Assembly: GCA_963845245.1 (NCBI GenBank)
Contig: CAWJRJ010000002.1
Span: 1 to 64,000 of the forward strand
Reading direction: 5' to 3'
DNA from: Nitrospirota bacterium
GTDB taxonomy: Bacteria > Nitrospirota > JACRHJ01
Length of the DNA: 64,000 nucleotides
Made by a program: the position numbers and the translations under genes. The notes below the pieces were generated by a model. It had not been told where the DNA came from. It made no database searches and saw only the letters and a program-made list of their open reading frames with translations. Positions 36,252-46,024 of the stretch are shown here, one piece after another. Position 1 is the first letter of the stretch; each line of letters begins with the position of its first letter.

Positions 36252-37211
36252 CTAACGGACATGGCAACCTTTACAGAGTTCTACCCAGTTGACTTTGTCG
36301 CCTATCCGCAGCCCTACGCCACCGCCCAAGACATATGGGTCGTGGCAACTGCAGCATCCGATCTTCCCGTCAAACAGCATGATCCTCGGGTCCATACCAT
36401 TAGATTTGACGTCCTTGGTCCCCCTTGCCGCTTCATCATAATCAATGCCTATGGGATGGGATAACTCATTATCCGGGCCATGTTTATAAATGTATGAGCC
36501 CGGCGAAGTCAACTCCGGGTCGCTGGGGTTATCATGGCAGCCGAGACAATATACAGACAGCGGATCAAGCGTCACCCGCGTGTTTAACACATGCAGGTTC
36601 CGGTCGGAATAATCTATGACCGGGTTGATCAGCACGTTAAAATGCGCGACCCCGTGCGCAGTATCCATTACAGGCCTGCGCGTAGTCAACCCTTGCGGCG
36701 ACAGATTGCTTGAGTGGCAGTTCAGGCATTCCAGTTTCCCTGTCACGCCACCCCTCAGGAAATAGGTCTTCTTCCCGGTTGCCGGGTCAACAGAAGGCAT
36801 ATGCGGGTCATGACATGTGGCGCAGGTTATACTGCCCGCATCAGTAACAGGGAAGCGGACTTCATAAGTCTCCATAATAGCAACGTTGCTGTAATGAGAG
36901 ATGGTGCTTAGCTGTGTGTGGCAATCAAGGCATAGCTTGTTGATCGGCGACATGAACCTATAGGGCCTTAGGTCGCCTTCCTGAGGTATCGTTACGTGGC
37001 AACTAAAACACTGGGAATCAGAGAAATCATGCGGGGGCAGGAATGTGTTAACAAGCCCGTAAGAGATTAAGAACAGGGGTACGGCTATCAGGGTGGTCTT
37101 GACCACCTTTTTCCTTAACTTATGCGGATGCAACTTCAGGGACAGCTCAAGGTCCCAGGAGAAGATGGCGAATTTGAAGTAGCGTTTGAATATGCGCTTA
37201 AGCATGGCCAC
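36252..37211 (-). CDS. Membrane-anchored heptaheme c-type cytochrome
   Basis: Seven CxxCH motifs: CFSCH, CLDCH, CATCH, CLNCH, CLGCH, CCSCH, CKGCH; doubled-CXXCH-type C..CHDPH and SHPIG motifs. Confidence 0.9.
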   Translation of the reverse strand: MAMLKRIFKRYFKFAIFSWDLELSLKLHPHKLRKKVVKTTLIAVPLFLISYGLVNTFLPPHDFSDSQCFSCHVTIPQEGDLRPYRFMSPINKLCLDCHTQLSTISHYSNVAIMETYEVRFPVTDAGSITCATCHDPHMPSVDPATGKKTYFLRGGVTGKLECLNCHSSNLSPQGLTTRRPVMDTAHGVAHFNVLINPVIDYSDRNLHVLNTRVTLDPLSVYCLGCHDNPSDPELTSPGSYIYKHGPDNELSHPIGIDYDEAARGTKDVKSNGMDPRIMLFDGKIGCCSCHDPYVLGGGVGLRIGDKVNWVELCKGCHVR

Positions 37212-37333
37212 CCCCAGTAAAATAAAACATATTACTCGACAGGAGCCAGCTAAACACTGCTAGGTTGACAGCAATTTATCCTCTATATAAATAAGTTTAC
37301 ATCGGATACCCAGATTTGCAAGTCGGCTAAAAA

Positions 37334-38193
37334 TCATTCAGGAAAGTAAATACTTACCGGCACTGGCGGGAAGGTAATGATAAAGACAATAAGCGAGGCG
37401 ATACCGATGAGTATCCTCCTGGTCCCGATGGGCGTATAAGGGTCCATTACTGGCGGGTGCTTCGTACCGAGGACAATAAGGAGCACAGCCCAGATCAGCC
37501 AGCCGGTAAAGACAAGCCCCATGACGGCGAGGATAATGATGAAGCAGATGGACAATACCTTGTGCCACCGGCCCAGGAAGGCGAATGAGATATGCCCGCC
37601 GTCCAGCTGGCCGACAGGCATCAGGTTGATGGACGTGACAAAAAGCCCCACCCAGCCCGCGACGGCAATGGGATGCAGCTTTATCGAGACCGCTGACGGG
37701 TCCACACCGAGGATACCCTTTATCATCGCGAAGTAGAGTATCGAGCCGCCAAGAGTCGTCTCGCCCACCGCCGGGGGCATCTTCGGATACACCTGCGACA
37801 TCGATATTCCTATGGCGCAGGCCGCCACGGCAAGGACAAAACCCACGAGCGGGCCGGATGCGCCGATGTCGATCAAGCGCCCTGCGGTCCTGTATCCGTG
37901 ACTTCATCTTGATAACCGCCCCCAGGGTGCCGAAGAGGTTCGGGAACGGTATGAAGTATGGGAGGGTCGCTTCCACGTGGTGCCTTCTGGAATTGAAGTA
38001 GTGCGCGAACTCGTGTCCGCCCAAGATTACAAGCAGGGGCAGCGAAAACGGGACACCCTTCAAAAGACCGGGCAAAAGCCTTGCCGGGAAGTCGGCAAGC
38101 AAGGTCGTATTCCTGGATATAATAGGCCCCGGCGAAGAGTGTGCTTAGGACTGTAAGGAGGAACAAGACAAGATGCAGGCGGAAGCGGCCCAT
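37334..38193 (-). CDS. Site-2 (M50) intramembrane metalloprotease (two frameshifts)
   Basis: HEFAH, PYFIP, GTLGAVI, NLMPVGQLDGGH spread over three overlapping ORFs. Confidence 0.9.
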
Positions 38194-38603
38194 CAGGCAC
38201 CCATCTGCATCGTTTTGGCGTATCTCAGCTTCTCGAAGTTATATGCCTTAAGTTGTTCAATCAGATCTCTAGAGGAAAGGGCCTTTATTTCCACAAGCGC
38301 CTCACCGATGTATATATGGTATTCTTCCTGCTTTTTAAGTATATCTGCAAGCTCATCATTTGATATTAGACCTTCCGAAACGGCTATTTCTCCGAAAAGC
38401 AGGCCATCGTCTTCCTGCTTTATCAAAACATACTCCACTTCTTCTGCCGTCATAAAACCGAGCTCGGCGGCAATTTCGCCTATTTTTTTATTCTTCTTCC
38501 TCTGGAGCGCCCTGGCAAAAAAAAGGTCTTCCTGGGTTATAGCACCTTTCTCCACCAGAAACCTGCCAAAGAGCTTGAACGGTGTTTTTCTCTCCATCTT
38601 CAT
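38193..38603 (-). CDS. Stand-alone protein of four MshEN/GspE-N-like helical repeats
   Basis: Four (F/I)Gxxxxx.Gxxxxxxxxxxxx.Q units: LFGRFLVEKG, KIGEIAAELG, LFGEIAVSEG, YIGEALVEIK. Confidence 0.65.
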   Translation of the reverse strand: MKMERKTPFKLFGRFLVEKGAITQEDLFFARALQRKKNKKIGEIAAELGFMTAEEVEYVLIKQEDDGLLFGEIAVSEGLISNDELADILKKQEEYHIYIGEALVEIKALSSRDLIEQLKAYNFEKLRYAKTMQMGA

Positions 38604-38678
38604 TTTTATGCTGACAGCTCCTGTATAAAACTCTAAAATACCAATGCGTACTTTTCGGAAACCACGTGAAAAGCTTAA

Positions 38679-39134
38679 ATGAGCATTAACATAGTATTAT
38701 ATCAGCCGGAAATCCCGGCCAACAGCGGAAACATTGCAAGGCTTTCGGTGGCCGCAGCCTGCGAACTTCATCTTATCAGGCCGCTCGGCTACGTATTGTC
38801 CGACCGCTACCTCAAGAGGGCCGGGCTTGACTACTGGCCGCACGTAAAGTTGAATATCTACGACGGCCTCGACCAGCTCCTTGAAAAATACCCCGGCTCA
38901 CGTTTCTTTTACTTCAGCACCAAGGCCGGTCGTGCCTACACGGAAGTACGGTATAAAGAAGGCGACTTTCTGGTATTCGGGCCGGAAAGCAGGGGCCTTC
39001 CTGAAGAGATATTAAAAAAGAACGAAGAAAACGCACTCACGATCCCGATGTTCGGTCCGGTAAGGAGCATCAACCTCTCGACCGCTGTCGGCGTGGTTGT
39101 GTACGAGGCGCTCAGGCAGCTCCGCGGGTTCTGA
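38679..39134 (+). CDS. trmL: tRNA (cytidine/uridine-34-2'-O)-methyltransferase
   Basis: PEIPANSGNIAR, RAGLDYW, FGPESRGL, RSINLS. Confidence 0.95.
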   Translation: MSINIVLYQPEIPANSGNIARLSVAAACELHLIRPLGYVLSDRYLKRAGLDYWPHVKLNIYDGLDQLLEKYPGSRFFYFSTKAGRAYTEVRYKEGDFLVFGPESRGLPEEILKKNEENALTIPMFGPVRSINLSTAVGVVVYEALRQLRGF

Positions 39135-39640
39135 CATCTGGCAGGCAGGATGCCCTCCAACTCCAGAAGCCTTATCTTTACATCCAGCCCGTAACCATAC
39201 CCCCCAAGCCCTCCGGATGACTCTATCACCCTGTGGCAGGGGATGAGCACCGGGACCCGGTTCTTGTTCAAAGCGCCGCCCACGGCGCGGGCGGCCTTCG
39301 GGTTGCCGACCATCTGAGCAAGCCACTTGTATGTACGTGCGTTACCATAAGGGATTTTGAGCAACTCGCTCCAGACCCTCTCCTGAAAGGCTGTTCCAGT
39401 AACGTCAAGCCTGGTGGTGAATATAACGGGCTCGCCCGAGAAATAAGCTTCAAGTTCCTTAAGGAGGAGCTTGAAGGGCTTCTCGCTTCGGACCGGAGCC
39501 ACTCCGAACTCGGCCTCAAGTTCGCTTGCAAAATCCGCAATATTGTCGCCCTTCAGGTCCAGGCGGGTTATACCTGCCTCGGTGGCTGCCGCAAACGCAA
39601 GCCCTGTAGGAAGCTTGAATGCATGGTAGTAAATTTTCAT
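38936..39640 (-). CDS. ogt: Methylated-DNA--protein-cysteine methyltransferase (true 3' end probably near 39110-39150)
   Basis: GTAFQERVW, ARAVG, IPCHRV, LGGY, LLELEG. Confidence 0.9.
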   Translation of the reverse strand: MKIYYHAFKLPTGLAFAAATEAGITRLDLKGDNIADFASELEAEFGVAPVRSEKPFKLLLKELEAYFSGEPVIFTTRLDVTGTAFQERVWSELLKIPYGNARTYKWLAQMVGNPKAARAVGGALNKNRVPVLIPCHRVIESSGGLGGYGYGLDVKIRLLELEGILPARCQNPRSCLSASYTTTPTAVERLMLLTGPNIGIVSAFSSFFFNISSGRPLLSGPNTRKSPSLYRTSV

Positions 39641-40269
39641 GCAGCCCTCTTTTTAAATATATGGCTCTCGCCTTTGTAGAGCTTTTTAAACCTCTCGGCG
39701 TCATCTTCAGTACCCACTATCGAGGCGTAATGCATCGGTACGGCAATCTTAGGATTGATGTCTTCCGCAGCCTTTGCCGCTTCCTCTGCCGTCATGACGT
39801 ATGTGCCAGACACCGGGAGAAGCGCGATGTCGCACCTGTACCCCTTCATCTCGGGGATGTGGTCGGTATCTCCCGCGATGTAGATCTTCTTGCCGTCAAC
39901 GTTGAATATATAGCCTACCCAGCCGTTAGCCTGGGGGTGGAACTTCTTGTTCGTGTTATAGGAAGGTACCGCCTCGATATCCACTCCAAGCTCGTTGAGC
40001 CTGTCGCCCGGCTTCACCACCCTTATATTCTTTCCAGAAAGCTTGACCGCGCAGGAAGCCGACGTAACAATAACGGTACTCTCCTTTGCGATTTTGGCGA
40101 TGTCCTCGGGAGAACAGTGGTCGTAATGTTCATGAGTAACGAGGATCAGGTCAGCCTTAGGCAGGCTACCCTTTAACTGGAATGGATCGGTGTAAATGAC
40201 CTTCCCGCCTGACTCGATCTTGAATGTGTCGTGTCCCAGCCATTCCATGATTTCAAGCATATCCGCCAT
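39637..40269 (-). CDS. MBL-fold metallo-hydrolase
   Basis: WLGH, THEHYDH, AGDTD, PMHY; AAGGAG RBS before ATG 40269. Confidence 0.9.
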   Translation of the reverse strand: MADMLEIMEWLGHDTFKIESGGKVIYTDPFQLKGSLPKADLILVTHEHYDHCSPEDIAKIAKESTVIVTSASCAVKLSGKNIRVVKPGDRLNELGVDIEAVPSYNTNKKFHPQANGWVGYIFNVDGKKIYIAGDTDHIPEMKGYRCDIALLPVSGTYVMTAEEAAKAAEDINPKIAVPMHYASIVGTEDDAERFKKLYKGESHIFKKRAA

Positions 40270-40338
40270 CTCCTTTACGAGACCTCTTTCTTTAAATCTA
40301 GCATCATCCAATAATACTGTCAAAACTGACTGACAAGG

Positions 40339-41248
40339 CTATTTTTTCAGGAAAACGTCGAACTCGTCTATACCTGTATTATTCTGTGAGGGCTGGGATG
40401 CCATTACCCTCACCTTTATCCTCTCTTTGTCGCCAGCAGTGGACAAATCTTTCGGGAGGGGCACTGTGGTCTCAAAGAAGCTGGTCTCCTTAAAAATCTT
40501 GTCCGAAGACACTACCGCCTCGTAGTAGAGCTTGCCTTGATAATAGGCCTGTGTGGTTATATTGAAGCCTTCGGCAGGCCAGAGCGTCCGATTATTTGGA
40601 GCTATCGGGCAGCCGCACATCATCCTTAAGTAGAACGGCACTTTTACTCCGTCTTTGTAGTCAGCGGCCTTTATCTCTTTGTTCCTCATGGAATCGACTA
40701 CGTCCAGTATAAGTCCCCGGAGCTCCAGCACGATACCCTCACCTGTTATGTCTTCACCGGGGAAAAGCCAGAAACTCGTCATCGTGGAGGTCATTGAATG
40801 CTGCGGCATGAGGGGCCCGTAGGCCTCGACTATCATCTGGGTCGGCTTCGATATCTTTACCTCGGTAATAAAAACGGCGGCATCCGTTTTGGATTCGTAG
40901 ATGGATGGCTTTGATGATGTCATATTATCAAAAAGGGCACCTTTTTCGCCTTTAACCAGGCCCATATTACCGCTTCCCCTCGGGAACCCCGCCTTCATCA
41001 ACGCAAGCATAGTCTCCAGACGAACCTTCGGTGACTCCCTTGTCAAGCTCTTCGCCCGTCCTTGCGTTTCGTATGACTACCAGCGCCCCCGTATGCTGGC
41101 TCATCGCAGCCGCGCCGTGCGCCAACACCCTCACAGTAATTTTAGTCGCAACAGGCTCTGAGAGCTTTTCCCAATCCTCCGCAAAGGCATTAAAGGCAGT
41201 AAGGACCAACACCATCGTTAACAGAGCAAAAAGACCCTTCTTCATCAA
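40339..41248 (-). CDS. Secreted hypothetical protein with CGCP motif (frameshift near 41005)
   Basis: Signal peptide in ORF 40967-41248; continues in 40339-41046 with MMCGCPI. Confidence 0.7.
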
Positions 41249-41261
41249 ATTCCTCCTGTTG

Positions 41262-41507
41262 CTATTTTGATCCAGCAGTTTTCATCTTATGGCATTCGGG
41301 GCACTGGTCCTTTGGTGGATGCGGCCCTTTTATCGGGTTTGACTTTCCCTTGTCATGGCAGACCTTGCAGTCTTCCTTGGTTTTAGCGGCCATGTGTATG
41401 CTGTCAGCCGGGAATGATGGCGGCTTTTTGCCGGTCAGGCTAAGCAGATAAAAAACTCCGAATACCGCCAGGATTAACGCAACAAATAACCAGTCTTTCT
41501 GTTTCAT
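41262..41507 (-). CDS. Small membrane-anchored diheme c-type cytochrome
   Basis: ATG 41507 with GAGAGGAG RBS; TM helix; PP..P...H, CKVCH, PHP, CPECH. Confidence 0.85.
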   Translation of the reverse strand: MKQKDWLFVALILAVFGVFYLLSLTGKKPPSFPADSIHMAAKTKEDCKVCHDKGKSNPIKGPHPPKDQCPECHKMKTAGSK

Positions 41508-41529
41508 AACGCTCCTCTCAAAACCTCGG

Positions 41530-42312
41530 TTATTTAACCAGACGCCTTTTAATAAACTTAATCGCCACCCATGACGATGCAGCGGTGAATACCGCCATCC
41601 AGAGGGCATCCCCCAGAAGGCCCCAGTGGACGTTTCCGATGGCGAGAGCCCTCGATATGTTCACCGCATGTGTTAGCGGGAAAAACCACGAGAGCTTTAT
41701 TACCCACGCGGGCATTGCATCGAGCGGGAAGAATATCCCGGAGAAGAAGAACATGGGCGATATGACAAGGCTGAAATAATACGCATAGTAATCGTATGAC
41801 GGCACAAACGCGGTCACGGTCAGCGCCATCGACGCGAACATCAGTCCTTCCAGCAAGTAAAGCGCCGGGGACAGTAAAAGCCACGGTGAGTTCATCAGCC
41901 CAAATGCAATCAGCACTGGCAGCATTATGACGGCGGCGATGAAGCCTTTTGTAGCTCCCCAGAGGATGTCCCCGGCCGCGACCTCTTCGATGTTTACCGG
42001 GGTGACCATTATAGCATCGTAGGACTTCTGGGTCGACATCCTTGTGAAAGAACCGAAGGTGCACTCAAAAGAAGACGCGTTCATAGCAGACGCGACTAAA
42101 AGCCCTGGAGCGATGTAATTTATATACGGTATGCCGTTAATGTTGTTTATGAACTTCGAGAGCCCAAGCCCGAAAGCGAGCAGGAACAGTATCGGCTCGC
42201 CCAGGCTGCCGACAAGGCTTGCCTTGTAGAATTTGAACCAGGCGTCCCGGTCCCTCTGCCACACCTTGATGAACCTGCGCCCGACCTTGGGCGGTGTGAG
42301 CATATCTCTCAT
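41530..42312 (-). CDS. ABC-2 permease, NodJ-like
   Basis: EPILFLLAFGLG, YIAPGL, PMFFFSGIFFP, PLTHAV. Confidence 0.9.
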   Translation of the reverse strand: MRDMLTPPKVGRRFIKVWQRDRDAWFKFYKASLVGSLGEPILFLLAFGLGLSKFINNINGIPYINYIAPGLLVASAMNASSFECTFGSFTRMSTQKSYDAIMVTPVNIEEVAAGDILWGATKGFIAAVIMLPVLIAFGLMNSPWLLLSPALYLLEGLMFASMALTVTAFVPSYDYYAYYFSLVISPMFFFSGIFFPLDAMPAWVIKLSWFFPLTHAVNISRALAIGNVHWGLLGDALWMAVFTAASSWVAIKFIKRRLVK

Positions 42313-43230
42313 TCCTTCAACTCCCTGCCGGTAAGCTTCAGGAACACGTCCTCAAGCGTCGCGTGCCTCTGGATGAAGTAGCCGTTCCCGATACCCGTAA
42401 CCCCTTTAATCAGGCTCTCGCGGTCATTGCTGTAGAGAAACAGGGTATCGCCGGAAACCTCGTAGTCATATTCAAAACCCTGGAGGCTCTTCAATACCTT
42501 CTCCAGTTCTTCTTCATACAACCGAAGCTCCACGACTATCCTCTTTATATGCTTCTTAATAAGCTCGTCAGGTGCGCCCTCGGCCAGTATCTTGCCTGAG
42601 TCCATTATCACCAGCCGGTCACAAAGCTGCTCGGCCTCGTCCATGTCATGCGTGGTAAGCACCAGTGTCCGGCCCTCTTTTTTAAGCCCCCTGATCCTCT
42701 GCCATATCAGGTGCCTGGCCTGCGGGTCGAGCCCGGTCGTAGGCTCGTCCAGCATTATGAGGTCCGGGTCGTTTATCAGCGCGCGCGCAATCATCAGCCT
42801 GCGCTTCATGCCGCCCGAGAGCTTTGGAATGCGTTCGTCCTTCTTCTCCGAGAGTGCCATGAACTCCAGAAGTTTCAGCGCTTTTTGTACCGCCTCGGCC
42901 TTCGGGATGTCGAAGTACCTTGCGTATATCCTGAGGTTCTCTAAGACTGTCAGGTCGGGGTCGAGGTTGTTTTCCTGCGGCACGACCCCTATGCCGGGCC
43001 TTGATCTTTCGCGGCTCCTTCCGGATGTCCATGCCGAAGATGTTCAGTTCACCGCCAGAGAGTGGGCTGTAGCCCTGCACCATGTTCATGGTGGTGGTCT
43101 TGCCTGCGCCGTTAGGCCCAAGGAAACCGAAGCAGCCCGCCTTGTTCACGGAGAAGTCTATCCGCTTGACGGCCTCGAACCCGCCGAACTCCTTGTAAAG
43201 ACCTCTGGCCTGTATTACAGTTTCAGCCAC
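42309..43230 (-). CDS. ABC ATP-binding protein, NodI-like (frameshift near 42997)
   Basis: GPNGAGKTT, LSGGMKRR, LDEPTTGLDPQAR. Confidence 0.92.
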
Positions 43231-43231
43231 T

Positions 43232-44485
43232 TTAAAACCCTCTAAGCCTTATCGCCTTCGATACCTTCTCGATAGCTATTGCGTATGCAGCGGTCCTGAG
43301 CGACACCTTGTTCTGACCGGCCACAGTCTTTATAAGCTCATAGGCATCGAACATCAGTTTCTGAAGCTTCCTGTTTACCCGGTCCTCTTCCCAGAACGCA
43401 GACTGTAGATTTTGCGCCCATTCGAAGTATGATACCGCAACGCCGCCCGCGTTCGCAAGAAGGTCCGGGATGATCACCACGCCCTTGTCCAGCAGTATGT
43501 CGTCCGCCTCCGGAGATGTCGGGATGTTCGCCGCCTCCACAAGCATCTTTGTCTTTATGTTGGGCGAGTTCTTTTCGGTTATCACGTTCTCGAGCGCGGC
43601 CGGTATCAGCACGTCGCATTGGAGTTCAAGGAGTTCCTCGTTCGTTATGTAGTCCGCGCCCTTGTAGTCTTTCAGGCTGCCGGTCTCGCTCTTGTGGTTT
43701 TCCACACGGCCGACGTTCAACCCACCCGGGTTGTAGAGCCCGCCATGGCTGTCCGATATGCCGATTATCTTGCAGCCTTCGTCCGCAAGCAGCCTTGCGG
43801 CATGCCCGCCGACGTTGCCCATCCCCTGTATCACCACGGAGCAGCCGTTGATGTCTATCCCTTTGTCCTTCAGCGCCTCACGGGTCAGGAGCATCACGCC
43901 CCTGCCTGTCGCCTCGATCCGCCCGACCGAGCCGCCAAGCTCGATAGGCTTGCCCGTGACAACTGCCGGGGTATAGCCGTGACGCTTTGAATATTCGTCC
44001 ATTATCCAGGCCATCACCTGCGGGTTGGTGTTTACGTCCGGGGCCGGGATATCGCGGTTCGGGCCGATGTTGTCGTCGATGCGGGAGACGAATGCGCGCG
44101 TAAGCCTCTCAAGCTCCGCCCTGGACATCTCCTTGGGGTTGCATAAAATGCCGCCCTTCGCGCCGCCGAACGGTATGTCCACCAGCGCGGTCTTCCAGGT
44201 CATCACTGCCGCGAGCGCCCGCACCTCGCCCAGGTTCACCTTCGGGTGGTAGCGTATCCCGCCCTTCATCGGCCCACGCGTATGGTTGTGCTGGATGCGG
44301 TAGCCGACGAATATCTCTAACCGTCCGTCGTCCATCCGTAGCGGTATCGATACCTTGATCTCGCGGAACGGAACCTTCAGGTACTCCCACATCTCGGTGT
44401 CCAGGTTTATCTTCAGCGCCGCTTTGTCAAAGAACCGGTTTATTACCCTTTCAGACTCGTCGGTAACGTCGTCAATATGTCTCAT
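43232..44485 (-). CDS. gdhA: Glu/Leu/Phe/Val dehydrogenase (glutamate dehydrogenase type)
   Basis: KGGIRYHP, GGAKGG, DIPAPD, EATGRGV, GMGNVG, SYFEW. Confidence 0.92.
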   Translation of the reverse strand: MRHIDDVTDESERVINRFFDKAALKINLDTEMWEYLKVPFREIKVSIPLRMDDGRLEIFVGYRIQHNHTRGPMKGGIRYHPKVNLGEVRALAAVMTWKTALVDIPFGGAKGGILCNPKEMSRAELERLTRAFVSRIDDNIGPNRDIPAPDVNTNPQVMAWIMDEYSKRHGYTPAVVTGKPIELGGSVGRIEATGRGVMLLTREALKDKGIDINGCSVVIQGMGNVGGHAARLLADEGCKIIGISDSHGGLYNPGGLNVGRVENHKSETGSLKDYKGADYITNEELLELQCDVLIPAALENVITEKNSPNIKTKMLVEAANIPTSPEADDILLDKGVVIIPDLLANAGGVAVSYFEWAQNLQSAFWEEDRVNRKLQKLMFDAYELIKTVAGQNKVSLRTAAYAIAIEKVSKAIRLRGF

Positions 44486-44503
44486 GAAAGCGCTCCGTGT
44501 TCT

Positions 44504-45877
44504 CTAGGAAAATATCTTGCCCGGGTTCATTATATTCAGCGGGTCGAACGCATGCTTCACCCGCTTTGACAGCTCCACCACCTCATCCGACATCTCCATC
44601 CCGAGGTACTGCATCTTCGTCAGGCCTATGCCGTGCTCGCCGGATATCGTGCCGCCAAGCGCAAGCACGAGCGCGAACACCTCGCGCACCGCCTCCTCGG
44701 CGTTTGAATATTTTTCGCTGTCCTTCTTGTCCGTCATCACGTTCACGTGTATGTTGCCGTCGCCCGCGTGACCGAAGCAGATTATCCTGACGCCGTACTT
44801 CTTGCCTATCTCGCCGAAGCCCGACAGCGCGTCCGGCACCTTGCTCACCGGCACAACGGTGTCCTCGTTTATCTTGTCAGGTGCGTATTTAAAAAGCGCC
44901 TGGGACGTGCTGCGCCGAAGCTTCCAGAGCGCCTGCGCCTCGGCCTCGCTTTCGGCCATCTTGAAGCTCAGCGCACTTTTTTCTATCAGACCCTTGATTA
45001 TATCCGCATCACGTTCCGCCTGTGCAGGGCTGCCGTCCGTCTCAATGAGCAGGAACGCGCCCGCGCCCTCCGGCAGCTCCATCTCTGCCTTTGCCGCACC
45101 AGCCGCAAGCGCCTGCGAGTCGATGAACTCAAGGCACCGTGGCGTAACAGGCGAGCCCATTATCGCGGCTACCGCAACACCCGCCTCGCGGGGACCTTCG
45201 AATATCGCAGTCATGGTGACGACCTTCTCGGGCATCGGGATTAGGCTTAGCGTTATCTCGGTGATTACGGCGAGCGTGCCTTCCGAACCTACCAGCAGCC
45301 GCGTCAGGTCATATCCCACCACGCCCTTCGCGGTGCGCACACCAGTCTTTACTATATCGCCGTTCGGCAGGACCGCCCGGAGGCCTATCACGTAATCGCG
45401 GGTCACGCCGTATTTCAGCGCGCGCATCCCGCCCGCGTTCTCGGCGACGTTCCCGCCTAATGTGCAGAACGCGAGGCTTCCTGGGTCCGGCGGGTAGAAC
45501 AGGCCCACCTTCTGCACGGCCTTCTGGAACTCGCCCGTCACCACGCCCGGCTGCACCACCGCAATCCGGTTCGCCGTGTCGATCTCAAGTATATCCGCCA
45601 TCCTCTCAAACGAGAGGATTATCCCGCCCCGCGACGCCACCGAGCCGCCTGTCAGCCCCGAGCCCGCGCCGCGCGGCACCACCGGCACCTCGTACTGCGA
45701 GGCAAGCTTTAACAGTTTCGATATCTCAAATTCGGACGCCGGACGTACCACGACCTCCGGGATGCCCTTGAGGCGTGTCGCGTCGTATGCGTATACGGTC
45801 AGCGCCGCTTCGTCGTATGCGACGTTATCCGCGCCGACAATGCCTTCGATTGTGCCGAGTACTTCTTTTGAGATCAA
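44504..45877 (-). CDS. FAD-linked oxidase, GlcD/D-lactate dehydrogenase family
   Basis: PRGAGSGLTGG, YPPDP, GSEGTL, GHAGDGNIH, GEHGIG, NPGK. Confidence 0.93.
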   Translation of the reverse strand: MISKEVLGTIEGIVGADNVAYDEAALTVYAYDATRLKGIPEVVVRPASEFEISKLLKLASQYEVPVVPRGAGSGLTGGSVASRGGIILSFERMADILEIDTANRIAVVQPGVVTGEFQKAVQKVGLFYPPDPGSLAFCTLGGNVAENAGGMRALKYGVTRDYVIGLRAVLPNGDIVKTGVRTAKGVVGYDLTRLLVGSEGTLAVITEITLSLIPMPEKVVTMTAIFEGPREAGVAVAAIMGSPVTPRCLEFIDSQALAAGAAKAEMELPEGAGAFLLIETDGSPAQAERDADIIKGLIEKSALSFKMAESEAEAQALWKLRRSTSQALFKYAPDKINEDTVVPVSKVPDALSGFGEIGKKYGVRIICFGHAGDGNIHVNVMTDKKDSEKYSNAEEAVREVFALVLALGGTISGEHGIGLTKMQYLGMEMSDEVVELSKRVKHAFDPLNIMNPGKIFS

Positions 45878-45945
45878 ATTTTTCCTTTTTGCCTAAATAA
45901 AACAGGTTCTTATAAGATTACCACAAAAACCCGTAATTATTAAAT

Positions 45946-45970
45946 AAAAAAGTCCACCCGGAGGTGGACT
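45946..45970 (-). terminator. Terminator downstream of the ankyrin gene
   Basis: AGTCCACC-cgga-GGTGGACT with a T-run on the minus strand. Confidence 0.65.
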
Positions 45971-46024
45971 GATTAAAAATGTAAGTCAAAGTGAGCTTCG
46001 TTCTGTAAGCAATTTGCTCACGCC

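Noticed and set aside
38658..38673. Second parS-like site GAAACCACGTGAAAAG
   Set aside because: Only the core matches; the TGTT/AACA arms are absent.
38936..39134. Long C-terminal extension of Ogt overlapping trmL antisense
   Set aside because: The extension is simply the reverse complement of trmL; likely a missed stop from an indel or trivial read-through.
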